DNA from: an uncultured Hyphomicrobium sp.
GTDB lineage: Bacteria > Pseudomonadota > Alphaproteobacteria > Rhizobiales > Hyphomicrobiaceae
Reading direction: 5' to 3'
DNA length: 35,693 bases
NCBI GenBank assembly: GCA_964655725.1
Contig: CAZZPH010000001.1
Coordinates: 1 to 35,693 of the forward strand
Numbering within the stretch: the first letter of the stretch is position 1; each line of letters opens with the position of its first letter. Under the pieces are notes generated by a model. It was not told the origin of the DNA and ran no database searches. It saw only the letters and a program-made list of their open reading frames with translations. Made by a program: the position numbers and the translations under genes. This document shows positions 27,018 to 35,396 of the stretch, piece after piece.

Positions 27018-27305
27018 ATGCCGAAGGGATACCTGATTGCCCACGCTACCGTGACCGATCCGGAGAAGTGGTCCCAGTACGTGGCCGCCTCCAAGGTCGC
27101 ACTCGACAAGTTCGGTGGCCGGCCCATCGTGCGCGGCGGGCGCTGCGAAATCATGGAGGGCCACGGCGTCGCCCGTAACGTGATCCTGGAGTTCCCGAGC
27201 TACGAGGCCGCCCTCGCCTACTCAAAGAGCCCCGAGTACGCGGTAGCCAAAGCGCACCGCCAGGGTGCGGGTACGATCGACATCACGATCGTGGAAGGCG
27301 TGTGA
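27018..27305 (+). CDS. DUF1330 domain-containing protein
   Basis: 95 aa. [41 protein letters not shown]...[39 protein letters not shown] matches the DUF1330 (dimeric alpha-beta barrel) family pattern as I remember it. AGGAAA lies upstream. Confidence 0.8.
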   Translation: MPKGYLIAHATVTDPEKWSQYVAASKVALDKFGGRPIVRGGRCEIMEGHGVARNVILEFPSYEAALAYSKSPEYAVAKAHRQGAGTIDITIVEGV

Positions 27306-28039
27306 GAGAGCCGGTGGCCCACAGCCCGACAAGCGATGGACGCCCGGCGTGGCAGGCCACGGTTCTGACCCTCTTTCCCGGCATGTTTCCTGGTCCGCTC
27401 GGGCATTCGCTCGCAGGGCAGGCGCTCGAAGCGGGGCTCTGGTCGCTGACCACCGTCGACATCCGTGACTTCGGCCTGGGACGTCACCGGCAGGTGGATG
27501 ACACGCCGGCTGGCGGTGGCGCGGGCATGGTGATGCGCGCCGATGTGCTGGCCGGCGCCATCGATCACGCGCTGACGCTGTCACCAGGACTGGCCCGGAT
27601 CTATCTCTCGCCGCGCGGGCGGCCCTTGACCCAAACACGTGCGCGCGAACTGGCTACGGGGGCAGGCGCGATACTGCTGGCCGGCCGCTTTGAGGGCATC
27701 GACGAACGCGTCATCGAGGGGCGCGGACTGGAGGAGATTTCGATCGGCGATTTCGTACTCTCGGGCGGTGAATTACCTGCGATGGTGCTAATCGATGCCT
27801 GCGTGCGGCTTCTGCCGGGCGTCATGGGGACGCCAGAGAGCCTCGCGCATGAGAGCTTCGAGGATGGCCTGCTGGAATATCCGCACTACACCCGCCCGCG
27901 CGAGTGGGAAGGGCGCGCGATACCAGGTCTCCTCTTGTCGGGCGATCATGCACGCATCGCTGCGTGGCGGCGCGAGGAGGCTTTGCGGATCACGCGCGAG
28001 CGCCGGCCGGATCTCGCTGCGCGGCGACAAAAGCCCTGA
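27302..28039 (+). CDS. trmD: tRNA (guanine37-N1)-methyltransferase
   Basis: [84 protein letters not shown]. The GTG start overlaps the DUF1330 stop (GTGA); GTG 27314 is an alternative start. Confidence 0.92.
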   Translation: MREPVAHSPTSDGRPAWQATVLTLFPGMFPGPLGHSLAGQALEAGLWSLTTVDIRDFGLGRHRQVDDTPAGGGAGMVMRADVLAGAIDHALTLSPGLARIYLSPRGRPLTQTRARELATGAGAILLAGRFEGIDERVIEGRGLEEISIGDFVLSGGELPAMVLIDACVRLLPGVMGTPESLAHESFEDGLLEYPHYTRPREWEGRAIPGLLLSGDHARIAAWRREEALRITRERRPDLAARRQKP

Positions 28040-28215
28040 TCATAATGGCCGGAATAAACTCAATCTCTTATGCATTATCCCGAGATTGGGAATAATGACA
28101 GTCGCAATCCAACGCATTTGTTTAATTCGGATTAACCGAGATAATCTGTCGATCGGTTGAAATTGAATTGCGTATTTGAATTGCAATCGAAAGGATGACC
28201 ATAACAATTCATCAA
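28040..28215. other. AT-rich intergenic tract immediately after trmD (38% GC in a genome region above 60% GC)
   Basis: Hand count gives 61 G/C in the 160 nt from 28041 to 28200. The tract contains the inverted repeat TTAAT-tcgg-ATTAA (28122-28135) and the 9-bp direct repeat TTGAATTGC at 28163-28171 and 28176-28184. Confidence 0.85.
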
Positions 28216-28335
28216 CGATAGCGCGTGCGGCCACACCGCGGCATCCAACAGGTCGCACAGGTTCCAGTCCACGTGAGGTTTCCCGTGATTGCGACCAAGC
28301 GTGCCCACGCAGCGACAACTCCCTCCCGCCGGGAC

Positions 28336-29352
28336 ATGCGCGGGGTTGAGGCCACAGATCCTCCCGGTCCGCAGCCCATCGACAAAAACCTTGAAGTTGG
28401 ACCGCGAACGCGCTCGGGTTTCGTCAGGAATTTGAGTGATCGGGCGGCTTCGAATTTCGAACTCGCAATCCTTCTAGGTGTGCTCGCGGGACTGTGCTGG
28501 TGGTTCGTCGCAGAACAGCGGAAATTCAAAGAGGCCTCCCTTTCACTTGAAGCGCGATTGATGGCGGCTCCAGTGCCCGTTGATCGATTTGCCTTCGCCG
28601 ATCGGAACGGCTTTGCGGCAGCAATGCAGATTGTGCCGGCACCGCAATTTGCAACGCTTTCGCACGGGCCACGGGGGTTGATGGGGTTACACCACGTTGC
28701 CGCTGGATCCGACCCCCTCACGACGGTTACGGTCTCAGGTCTGCCCGCAAGGACGGAAATGTCGTCAGGTCGATTTCTGTCTCCGACCACATGGGCGATG
28801 GCATTGGGCGATCTCAACGACATCGTCATCCGGCTGCCTCAAAGCGGCGGAGAGCCGGTGCGTGCGAACGTAGATGTCCGCGCACGCTCAGGTGCGCTGC
28901 TGCATTCCTTCTCTGTCGAAGTGCAACAGGCCGGAACCGCGATTGAGAGCAACGAAAGATCCAAGCGCGGCCTATCAGGTCCCGATCCACGCAAAAGCAA
29001 AGCCAACGCCAAGAGCAAGCGCAAGAATCGCCAATCCAAGTCCGTATCGGATCATCACACCGCACCCTCGGTGGCAGGGTCCTCCCCATCACAGCCCGTG
29101 GCACCAGCAGCGAACAAAGCCCCGGAAAGCCTCGCCCCCAAAGGTCCAGTGCCGGGGCAGGCTGCCATCGCCAGCGGGACATCCATCCTGCCCAACCAAG
29201 TCCCCCCGTCGTTGCTGGGTGTGCCGCCCGTTCTTGGGCTATTTCCTCCCGACCCGCGCGACTCAGAGCACTCGGATCTGACAGCTCAGGAGCGGGACGA
29301 CCCCCGCCACCTGATCCTGCGCGGACTGGGACCGGGCATCGCGGGGCCGTAG
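28336..29352 (+). CDS. Hypothetical membrane-anchored protein (orphan) inserted between trmD and rplS; start uncertain (28225 or 28336)
   Basis: Track ORF 28225..29352. One TM helix (FELAILLGVLAGLCWWFVA), a mid region ...TVTVSGLPARTEMSSGRFLSPTTWAMALGDLNDIVIRLPQSGGEPVRANVDVRA..., then a Lys-rich stretch (RKSKANAKSKRKNRQSK) and a Pro-rich tail. It has more A/T-ending codons than its neighbours. Two antisense ORFs of about 200 aa overlap it, so the strand call is not certain. Confidence 0.5.
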   Translation: MRGVEATDPPGPQPIDKNLEVGPRTRSGFVRNLSDRAASNFELAILLGVLAGLCWWFVAEQRKFKEASLSLEARLMAAPVPVDRFAFADRNGFAAAMQIVPAPQFATLSHGPRGLMGLHHVAAGSDPLTTVTVSGLPARTEMSSGRFLSPTTWAMALGDLNDIVIRLPQSGGEPVRANVDVRARSGALLHSFSVEVQQAGTAIESNERSKRGLSGPDPRKSKANAKSKRKNRQSKSVSDHHTAPSVAGSSPSQPVAPAANKAPESLAPKGPVPGQAAIASGTSILPNQVPPSLLGVPPVLGLFPPDPRDSEHSDLTAQERDDPRHLILRGLGPGIAGP

Positions 29353-29535
29353 CGGCCAGAAGGGGGCGGCAGCCCGCTTTGAAGGCCTCGACAAGTTCAG
29401 GGTAATTGGGTATCACCCGGCCAACCAATTCCCATCAAGGGGTGCCCTCAAGGGCCGCACGAGCCTCACTTCAGCTTACCGAATGGTTGGCGGAAGGCTC
29501 CTCTGCATTGAAAAACAAACAAAAAAGGACTGCGC

Positions 29536-30255
29536 ATGAACATCATTCAGCAGATCGAGCGCGAGCAGATGGATGCCGTGCTCGCCAAACGGGGCATCCC
29601 CGAATTCCAGCCCGGCGATACCGTCAAGGTTATGGTCCGGGTCGTCGAGACGGCTGAAGCCGATCCCAAGGACAAGAAAAAGAAGGCCGCTGCCGCGCGA
29701 GCTCCTGCGGAGCGCCTTCAGGCCTACGAGGGCGTTGTGATCGCGCGCTCGGGCGCGGGCATCAATGAGAGCTTCACTGTTCGCAAGATCTCTTACGGTG
29801 AGGGCGTGGAGCGCGTCTTCCCGCTGTACTCGCCGCATATCGCGGAGATCGAAGTCGTACGCCGTGGCAAGGTCCGCCGCGCCAAGCTCTATTATCTGCG
29901 CGGTCTGCGCGGCAAGGCCGCCCGCATCTTTGAGCGCACCGACGTGCGCGCCCGTAAGCTCAACGCCGCCTGGAAGGGCTTCAAGAAGCCCAAGGGTGAG
30001 GCAGAGGATCTGACGCAAATCAATGGCATCGACGCCCTGCTCGCCGGACGCCTGAAGCAACTGAACTGCTACAAGCTGGAGCAGATCGCCAACCTGGCAG
30101 ACGATGACATCGCCAACATCGAAGGCGTCCTCAACATCGATGGACGCATCGAGAAAGACGACTGGATCGGCCAGGCCCGCGCACTGCTCACCGCACCTGA
30201 AGGCGAGGCTGAAGGGGGTGCTGAGGGCGAGGCCGACGGCGCGCCGTCCACCTGA
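29536..30255 (+). CDS. rplS: 50S ribosomal protein L19 with an internal Lys/Ala-rich insertion and a roughly 100-aa C-terminal extension
   Basis: Canonical L19 blocks: [109 protein letters not shown]. The same frame continues another 100+ codons past the usual L19 end. Confidence 0.93.
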   Translation: MNIIQQIEREQMDAVLAKRGIPEFQPGDTVKVMVRVVETAEADPKDKKKKAAAARAPAERLQAYEGVVIARSGAGINESFTVRKISYGEGVERVFPLYSPHIAEIEVVRRGKVRRAKLYYLRGLRGKAARIFERTDVRARKLNAAWKGFKKPKGEAEDLTQINGIDALLAGRLKQLNCYKLEQIANLADDDIANIEGVLNIDGRIEKDDWIGQARALLTAPEGEAEGGAEGEADGAPST

Positions 30256-30278
30256 GCGGTGACCATAAGTTGACGTGT

Positions 30279-30306
30279 AACGGCGGCCTACCAGGCCGCC
30301 GTTTTC
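30279..30306 (+). terminator. Rho-independent terminator after rplS
   Basis: AACGGCGGCCT-acc-AGGCCGCCGTT, an 11-bp perfect stem with a 3-nt loop, running into TTTT, 24 nt after the rplS stop. Confidence 0.8.
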
Positions 30307-30404
30307 ATATCTGACGAGACATCCCGGCGTCGCGTTGGCACATTGCTGGAAAATTCGGTATGGTGTCCGTCGCCACTCCAACCACTCCGGAATTCTGAAA
30401 CGGC

Positions 30405-31229
30405 ATGTCGAACGTCGAGCTGAGCCGCGCGCTGAAGCGCGATACCGCCATAAAGCAGCATGGACCTGAAGGGTTTGTGGGCATGCGCAAGGCTGGCCAG
30501 CTTGCAGCCGCCGCGCTCGATATGCTGACGCCTCACGTGAAACCAGGTGTCACCACAGACTATCTCGACGAATTGGCGCTCGAGTTCGCGCTCGCGCACA
30601 ATGCCATTCCCGCACCGCTGAACTACAGGGGCTTTCCCAAGTCGATCTGCACTTCGATCAACCACGTCGTCTGTCATGGTATCCCCGGGCCCAAGCCGCT
30701 GCGGGAAGGCGACATCGTAAATATCGACATCACGCTGATCGTGGAGGGATGGCACGGCGATACCAGCCGCATGTACCCGGTCGGAGAGGTATCACGGCGC
30801 GCGGAGCGGCTTATGGACGTAACCTACGAAGCGCTGATGCGTGGCATCGCCGCCGTCAAGCCCGGCGTTTCGACAGGGACCATCGGGCGCATCATTCAGG
30901 AGTTTGCCGAGGGTGAGCGTTGCAGCGTTGTGCGCGAGTTCTGCGGGCACGGGCTTGGCCGCGTATTCCACGACCGCCCCAACATTCTCCACTATGGTGA
31001 GGCGGGCGAGGGCGTGGTCATGCAGCCGGGCATGTTCTTCACCATCGAACCGATGATCAACCTCGGCCGCGCCGCTGTGAAGGTGCTGCCCGACGGCTGG
31101 ACTGCCGTAACACGCGATCGGGAGCCGTCGGCACAGTTTGAGCATTCGGTCGGCGTGACGGAGACAGGCTGCGAGATCTTCACGACATCGCCAGCCGGAC
31201 TCCATTGTCCGCCGTACACCAACGGCTGA
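30405..31229 (+). CDS. map: Type I methionine aminopeptidase
   Basis: Metal-ligand blocks VVCHGIPG, GDIVNIDIT, GWHGDTSRMY, FCGHGLGRVFH, FTIEPMIN, QFEHSVGVTE. Confidence 0.94.
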   Translation: MSNVELSRALKRDTAIKQHGPEGFVGMRKAGQLAAAALDMLTPHVKPGVTTDYLDELALEFALAHNAIPAPLNYRGFPKSICTSINHVVCHGIPGPKPLREGDIVNIDITLIVEGWHGDTSRMYPVGEVSRRAERLMDVTYEALMRGIAAVKPGVSTGTIGRIIQEFAEGERCSVVREFCGHGLGRVFHDRPNILHYGEAGEGVVMQPGMFFTIEPMINLGRAAVKVLPDGWTAVTRDREPSAQFEHSVGVTETGCEIFTTSPAGLHCPPYTNG

Positions 31230-31250
31230 GCGATTGCGGAGCCCGCGCGA

Positions 31251-31985
31251 ATGCCTGCGGATGCCAATAGCGACGACGATGAGCCCCACAGCGCCGGCCT
31301 TTTCGAGGCCGAATTACCTTTACACAGCGGGCATCGTCAGCGCTTGCGGGAACGATTCCGCAAAGGCGGTCCGGAGGCCTTGCCTGACTACGAACTGCTG
31401 GAACTCATTCTGTTTCGCGCCATTCCCCGCCGCGACACGAAGGATCTCGCCAAACGTCTGATTGCACGCTTCGGCTCCTTCGCCGAGGTCGTCAACGCTC
31501 CCGAGCCGCGCCTCAGGGAAATCTCGGGCATCGGCGAAGCGGTCGTGACCGAGTTGAAGCTCGTGCGCGCGGCAGCTTTGCGCCTTACGCGATCCAGCCT
31601 TGTTCAGCGCCCGCTGCTGGCATCGGGCGCGGAAGTTCTCGCCTATCTCACCGCAGCGCAGGGCTACGAGCACCGGGAGCAGTTCCGCATCCTTTTTCTG
31701 GACAAGAAGAACCGGCTGATCTCCGACGAAGTCCAGGGCCAGGGAACGGTCGATCACACACCCGTCTATGTCCGCGAAGTGGTCAAACGCGCCCTGGAGC
31801 TAGCAGCAACCGCGATTATTCTGGTGCACAATCATCCCTCCGGCGATCCCTCGCCGTCGCGTGCCGACATCGACATGACAAAACTTATCATCGAAGCCGG
31901 CCGGCCGCTCGGCGTGCTCGTTCATGATCACATCATCGTGGGGCGGGCTGGTCATGCCAGCATGCGGGCCCTTCGGCTGATCTAG
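31251..31985 (+). CDS. radC: RadC-family JAB/MPN domain protein
   Basis: HhH-like N region ([37 protein letters not shown]) and JAMM motif [21 protein letters not shown]. It follows map with a 21-nt gap. Confidence 0.9.
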   Translation: MPADANSDDDEPHSAGLFEAELPLHSGHRQRLRERFRKGGPEALPDYELLELILFRAIPRRDTKDLAKRLIARFGSFAEVVNAPEPRLREISGIGEAVVTELKLVRAAALRLTRSSLVQRPLLASGAEVLAYLTAAQGYEHREQFRILFLDKKNRLISDEVQGQGTVDHTPVYVREVVKRALELAATAIILVHNHPSGDPSPSRADIDMTKLIIEAGRPLGVLVHDHIIVGRAGHASMRALRLI

Positions 31986-32122
31986 TGCTGCTGATCTAGA
32001 TCGTGTCGCACATGCCGCGGCCACTCCAAATTCAGCCCTAAAGCAATTGTCCCGCCGTTCCTCGCAGGTTAGTTTGCCTCTTGATTTGGACAAGTGTCTG
32101 ACGCCAGAGGAGGGCAATTCAA

Positions 32123-32452
32123 ATGGTGAGATGGACGCCGGTTCTCCCAGCCATCCTGCTTATGCAGCCGTGTGCGGCGATGGCGCACGAGACCGGACTT
32201 GCCGGAATGCACGAACATCGCCGGGAAAAGGGCAAGCTGTGCATGTCCTCCCATGTCCACACCGGCAGCGGGACCGGTGCGACAAAGGAAGCAGCACGCA
32301 AGGCCGCCATCCGCTCCTGGATCGATTTCACGGACTTCGAGTACGGCTCCAGGTGGGCAAGTTTCGCAAATGCAGCCGGTGCGACGACGCGCTACACAAA
32401 GGAAGTCAGCGGCTGGAGCGCCACTGTCGACGCACGGCCCTGCCGCAGGTGA
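32123..32452 (+). CDS. Small secreted hypothetical protein (109 aa)
   Basis: GGAGG lies 8 nt upstream. Signal peptide MVRWTPVLPAILLMQPCAAMA. Mature part: HETGLAGMHEHRREKGKLCMSSHVHTGSGTGATKEAARKAAIRSWIDFTDFEYGSRWASFANAAG...ATVDARPCRR. Good GC3 codon bias. Confidence 0.65.
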   Translation: MVRWTPVLPAILLMQPCAAMAHETGLAGMHEHRREKGKLCMSSHVHTGSGTGATKEAARKAAIRSWIDFTDFEYGSRWASFANAAGATTRYTKEVSGWSATVDARPCRR

Positions 32453-32631
32453 TGCAAGATTGAGCCACAAAGTCTCCTCGCGTCTGAATTTAGCCGAAAT
32501 GACATTCGATCCTGCGAGAGCTATCGGGCGGGCATGATTTTGGATGGTGCCACAGACACGCCTCTGGCATAGACCATAGCCAGGGACGTGCTTCGAGCCA
32601 TATCCAGTTAGGGCGGGATCTCCCAAGACGC

Positions 32632-33183
32632 ATGACTGTTGTCTTTCGGAAGCAATCGACCGGCTCCATGATCTTTTGCCTGGCAATCTGCTGGGCCGGC
32701 GCGGCGCTGGCCGGTATGGCGATGGCAAGCCGGGCTCTGGCCGACGAACCTCCGACGCCGGAAGAGTATGTGGACCACGTCGGCGGCGATGCCCGGATCC
32801 TTAAACCCGGTGAATTGAAGCTCGATGGACGCCAGCAGGTCTGTGGCCAGCGGCCGACTGTTGTCGACAATTCCCTCGACGATTACGGTGCGGCCTATCC
32901 CGGCTTTCTCATACTAAATCCCCGGCTGCTCGATAGGGTCTCGACCCCGGTCAAGTTGTGGATCTATGCGCACGAGTGCGGGCACCAGTTTCGTGGTCCC
33001 GACGAGGAAACCGCAGACTGCTTTGCCGTTCAGCGCGGCCGGCGGCAGGGCTGGCTGACCGAGGAGGGCCTGGAAGAGGTCTGCCGCTTCATCTCGCCGG
33101 CCAAGGGCGACAGCATGCATTTCTCAGGCTCGCACCGCTGCGAATACATGCGCCGCTGCTACGCGGATCCGTCAATTCGCTGA
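32632..33183 (+). CDS. Secreted Cys-rich protein with an HExxH motif (putative zinc metallopeptidase-like)
   Basis: Signal-like MIFCLAICWAGAALAGMAMASRALA (the start may be Met 32668). HExxH lies within LWIYAHECGHQFRG, followed by EETADC. Six further Cys residues suggest a disulfide-bonded periplasmic protein. No family recognised. Confidence 0.6.
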   Translation: MTVVFRKQSTGSMIFCLAICWAGAALAGMAMASRALADEPPTPEEYVDHVGGDARILKPGELKLDGRQQVCGQRPTVVDNSLDDYGAAYPGFLILNPRLLDRVSTPVKLWIYAHECGHQFRGPDEETADCFAVQRGRRQGWLTEEGLEEVCRFISPAKGDSMHFSGSHRCEYMRRCYADPSIR

Positions 33184-33311
33184 GATCAGCGCCAAAGTCC
33201 CCCGAGCGGGGTACGCACGGACTTATCCCCTGGCACATTGTGCATGGCTACCATCACGATACAGCCGCCGGAACCTGAGCGGCAAACCACGCGCGCGAGT
33301 ATGGCCCTTCG

Positions 33312-33755
33312 ATGCCCGCCCCCGATTATTCCCGACGCATTCTGGCGCTGGCCGAGCTTCTCCATCGCTGGATTGGGACTCTGACGGCGCTCGATGGACG
33401 CCGGCGCGAGAAAGTCGCCGCCTACGCCGACCAGATCGCGGCCACCCTGTCGCGGGCCGCCGACGCCCACACCAAGCTGCTGGCCAACCCCGAGGATCAC
33501 AGCGCCCGCAAGGCCGTCGTGCGTGAATTCGGCCGGATATCGGGGTATCTGGAGACCATTGTCAGCGTGCTCCAGCGCCATCTTGACGGGCGCAAGCTTG
33601 CTGGCGTTAAAAGACGGCTCGAAACGCTGAAAGGCCCTGCCCAGATGGCGGAGCCGCCTGGATTGGCCGCACTTTCCGCTTACGATGCGGCCGCTGACCG
33701 GCTGACCGCGGCAGAAGGTTATTTCCGGGCACTTGCCGATGCACTGAGGGCGTAA
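33312..33755 (+). CDS. Hypothetical all-helical cytoplasmic protein (147 aa)
   Basis: Strong GC3 bias in this frame. MPAPDYSRRILALAELLHRWIGTLTALDGRRREKVAAYADQIAATLSRAADAHTKLL.... No signal peptide or TM helix. It ends 24 nt before leuD. Confidence 0.6.
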   Translation: MPAPDYSRRILALAELLHRWIGTLTALDGRRREKVAAYADQIAATLSRAADAHTKLLANPEDHSARKAVVREFGRISGYLETIVSVLQRHLDGRKLAGVKRRLETLKGPAQMAEPPGLAALSAYDAAADRLTAAEGYFRALADALRA

Positions 33756-33779
33756 GGCGCGCCCTCCAACGAGGATGCG

Positions 33780-34388
33780 ATGGACAAATTCGTCAAGCTC
33801 ACTGGTGTTGCCGCCCCTTTACCTCTGCGCAACATCGACACCGACATGATCATCCCCAAGCAGTTCCTGAAAACGATCAAGCGTACGGGGCTCGGCACGT
33901 CGCTGTTCTATGAAATGCGCTTTGATCCTGCCACGGGTGCCGAGTTGCCGGATTTCGTTTTGAACAAACCCGCTTATCGCAAAGCGCAAATCCTCGTCAC
34001 AGGCGAGAACTTCGGCTGCGGCTCGTCGCGCGAACATGCGCCCTGGGCCCTTCTCGACTTCGGCATCCGCTGCGTCATCGCGCCTGATTTCGCCGACATC
34101 TTCTACAACAACTGCTTCCAGAACGGCATCCTGCCGATCAAGCTGCCACAGCCGGACGTCGACCGGCTAATGAACGACGCGGAGCGTGGCGCCAACGCGA
34201 CGGTGACGATCGACCTCGAAGCCCAAGAGATACGCGGACCCGATGGAGGCGTGATCCACTTCGAGATCGATTCCTTCCGCAAGCATTGCCTGCTGAATGG
34301 CCTCGACGCCGTCGGCCTCACGCTTCAAAAAGATGCAGAGATCAGCTCTTACGAAAAGAAGACCGCAGCCAGCCGTCCTTGGCTATAA
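33780..34388 (+). CDS. leuD: 3-isopropylmalate dehydratase small subunit
   Basis: [14 protein letters not shown]...[59 protein letters not shown]. Confidence 0.94.
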   Translation: MDKFVKLTGVAAPLPLRNIDTDMIIPKQFLKTIKRTGLGTSLFYEMRFDPATGAELPDFVLNKPAYRKAQILVTGENFGCGSSREHAPWALLDFGIRCVIAPDFADIFYNNCFQNGILPIKLPQPDVDRLMNDAERGANATVTIDLEAQEIRGPDGGVIHFEIDSFRKHCLLNGLDAVGLTLQKDAEISSYEKKTAASRPWL

Positions 34389-34408
34389 CTCATCTAGAGG
34401 ATTGCAAG

Positions 34409-34804
34409 ATGGCCAAGGCCGTTCACATGATGGTGCGAGTGCTCGACGAGGCGCGCTCGGTCGACTTTTATGCCAAGTGCTTCGGCCTTTCGATTGCAGA
34501 GCGGCGCGAATGGCCCGATTTCTCGCTCACCTACATGCGTAACCCAGAGAGTGACTTCGAGGTCGAACTCACCGTCAATAAGGACCGCGCCGAGCCCTAT
34601 GATCTAGGCAACGGTTACGGCCATGTCGCATTCGTTGTCGATGATCTCGACGCTGAGCACGCGCGGATCAAGTCGCTTGGGTTTGCCCCAAAAGACATCA
34701 AGGAGATGACCCACGGGGGCGAGGTTTTTGGCCGCTTCTTCTTCATCGAGGACCCCGACGGTTATAAGATCGAAGTTCTTCAGCGCCGCGGAAGGTTCGT
34801 CTGA
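34409..34804 (+). CDS. gloA: VOC family protein, lactoylglutathione lyase-like
   Basis: Track ORF 34286..34804 trimmed to ATG 34409. MAKAVHMMVRVLDEARSVDFYAKCFGL...ELTVNKD...YDLGNGYGHVAFVVDDLDAEHARIK...FFFIEDPDGYKIEVLQ parallels E. coli GloA block by block. Confidence 0.8.
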   Translation: MAKAVHMMVRVLDEARSVDFYAKCFGLSIAERREWPDFSLTYMRNPESDFEVELTVNKDRAEPYDLGNGYGHVAFVVDDLDAEHARIKSLGFAPKDIKEMTHGGEVFGRFFFIEDPDGYKIEVLQRRGRFV

Positions 34805-34864
34805 GTTCAGGGACCCATCTCGTGCGCCTTCTGCAATGATCGGCAAGTCCAGGCGAAATCCCAA

Positions 34865-35365
34865 CTAAGCAGGGGCGGGACCCGAGCGGGCACGCGCGAG
34901 CGCGTTCTGCAAAGCGATCGCGAAATCCTTTTTCTCCTCGGCATTGAGGAAGCGCGCGAACTCGAATTCCCGGCCATGGGAGATAAGTTTCAAGACAGCG
35001 CTGCCGTCGGGCCACTCATTGATCAGCACCCTGACCCAATAGGGATTGAAATCGTGGCTCGTCTGCTTGCCCGATGGCCTGACATGCGTGATGGTCAGAA
35101 CCTCCGGCGTCAGCTCGACAAGCTCGTAGGCGGTGCCGGCCCGGTAATTGAGTTTGAAGGCCAGATAGATCGCGAGTACATCGAGGCCATAAAATCCCAG
35201 GACCGGCCAGGCCCCCGACAGATAAAACGCAACGCCCGTCACGAGAGAGACAACGGCCACGAAAGCCATGATGAGCCGGAAACCCACCGGCGACAGCGAC
35301 CGGTGGGGATGCAGGACGGCTTTGAACATCCCTTGCTCGTGCATCAATTCTGGTTCTTTCGTCAT
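34865..35365 (-). CDS. DUF2244 domain-containing membrane protein
   Basis: Track ORF 34865..35641 trimmed to Met 35365 (MTKEPELMHEQG...). HRSLSPVGFRLIMAFVAVVSLVTGVAFYLSGAWPVLGFYGLDVLAIYLAFKLNYR followed by a PH-like soluble part (LTITHVRPSGKQTSHDFNPYWVRV) fits DUF2244 as I remember it. Confidence 0.7.
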   Translation of the reverse strand: MTKEPELMHEQGMFKAVLHPHRSLSPVGFRLIMAFVAVVSLVTGVAFYLSGAWPVLGFYGLDVLAIYLAFKLNYRAGTAYELVELTPEVLTITHVRPSGKQTSHDFNPYWVRVLINEWPDGSAVLKLISHGREFEFARFLNAEEKKDFAIALQNALARARSGPAPA

Positions 35366-35396
35366 GACGCGATCATAGGACAAGAGATTGGCCGCA

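Noticed and set aside
28122-28136. CtrA-box-like TTAA-N-TTAAC (TTAATTCGGATTAAC) in the AT-rich tract.
   Set aside because: The spacing is N6, whereas the established CtrA consensus is TTAA-N7-TTAAC. I kept it only as part of the description of the AT-rich tract (TTAAT-N4-ATTAA inverted repeat).
28212-29428. Two consecutive minus-strand ORFs (205 and 200 aa) antisense to the trmD-rplS orphan gene.
   Set aside because: Their products are Arg/Pro/Ala-rich with no TM helix or motif, while the plus-strand frame gives a coherent TM-anchored protein. I cannot fully exclude them without expression data, so the plus-strand call has only moderate confidence.
29476-30381. 301-aa minus-strand ORF overlapping rplS.
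   Set aside because: It is antisense to the L19 gene and its extension. The plus-strand frame carries both the L19 blocks and the HhH-like motif, and it is followed by a terminator oriented for the plus strand.
31976-31999. 10-bp direct repeat GCTGATCTAG (31976-31985 and 31990-31999) spanning the radC stop codon.
   Set aside because: The repeat is short, the 14-nt units are imperfect, and there are no flanking mobile-element features. It is most likely a small slippage duplication.
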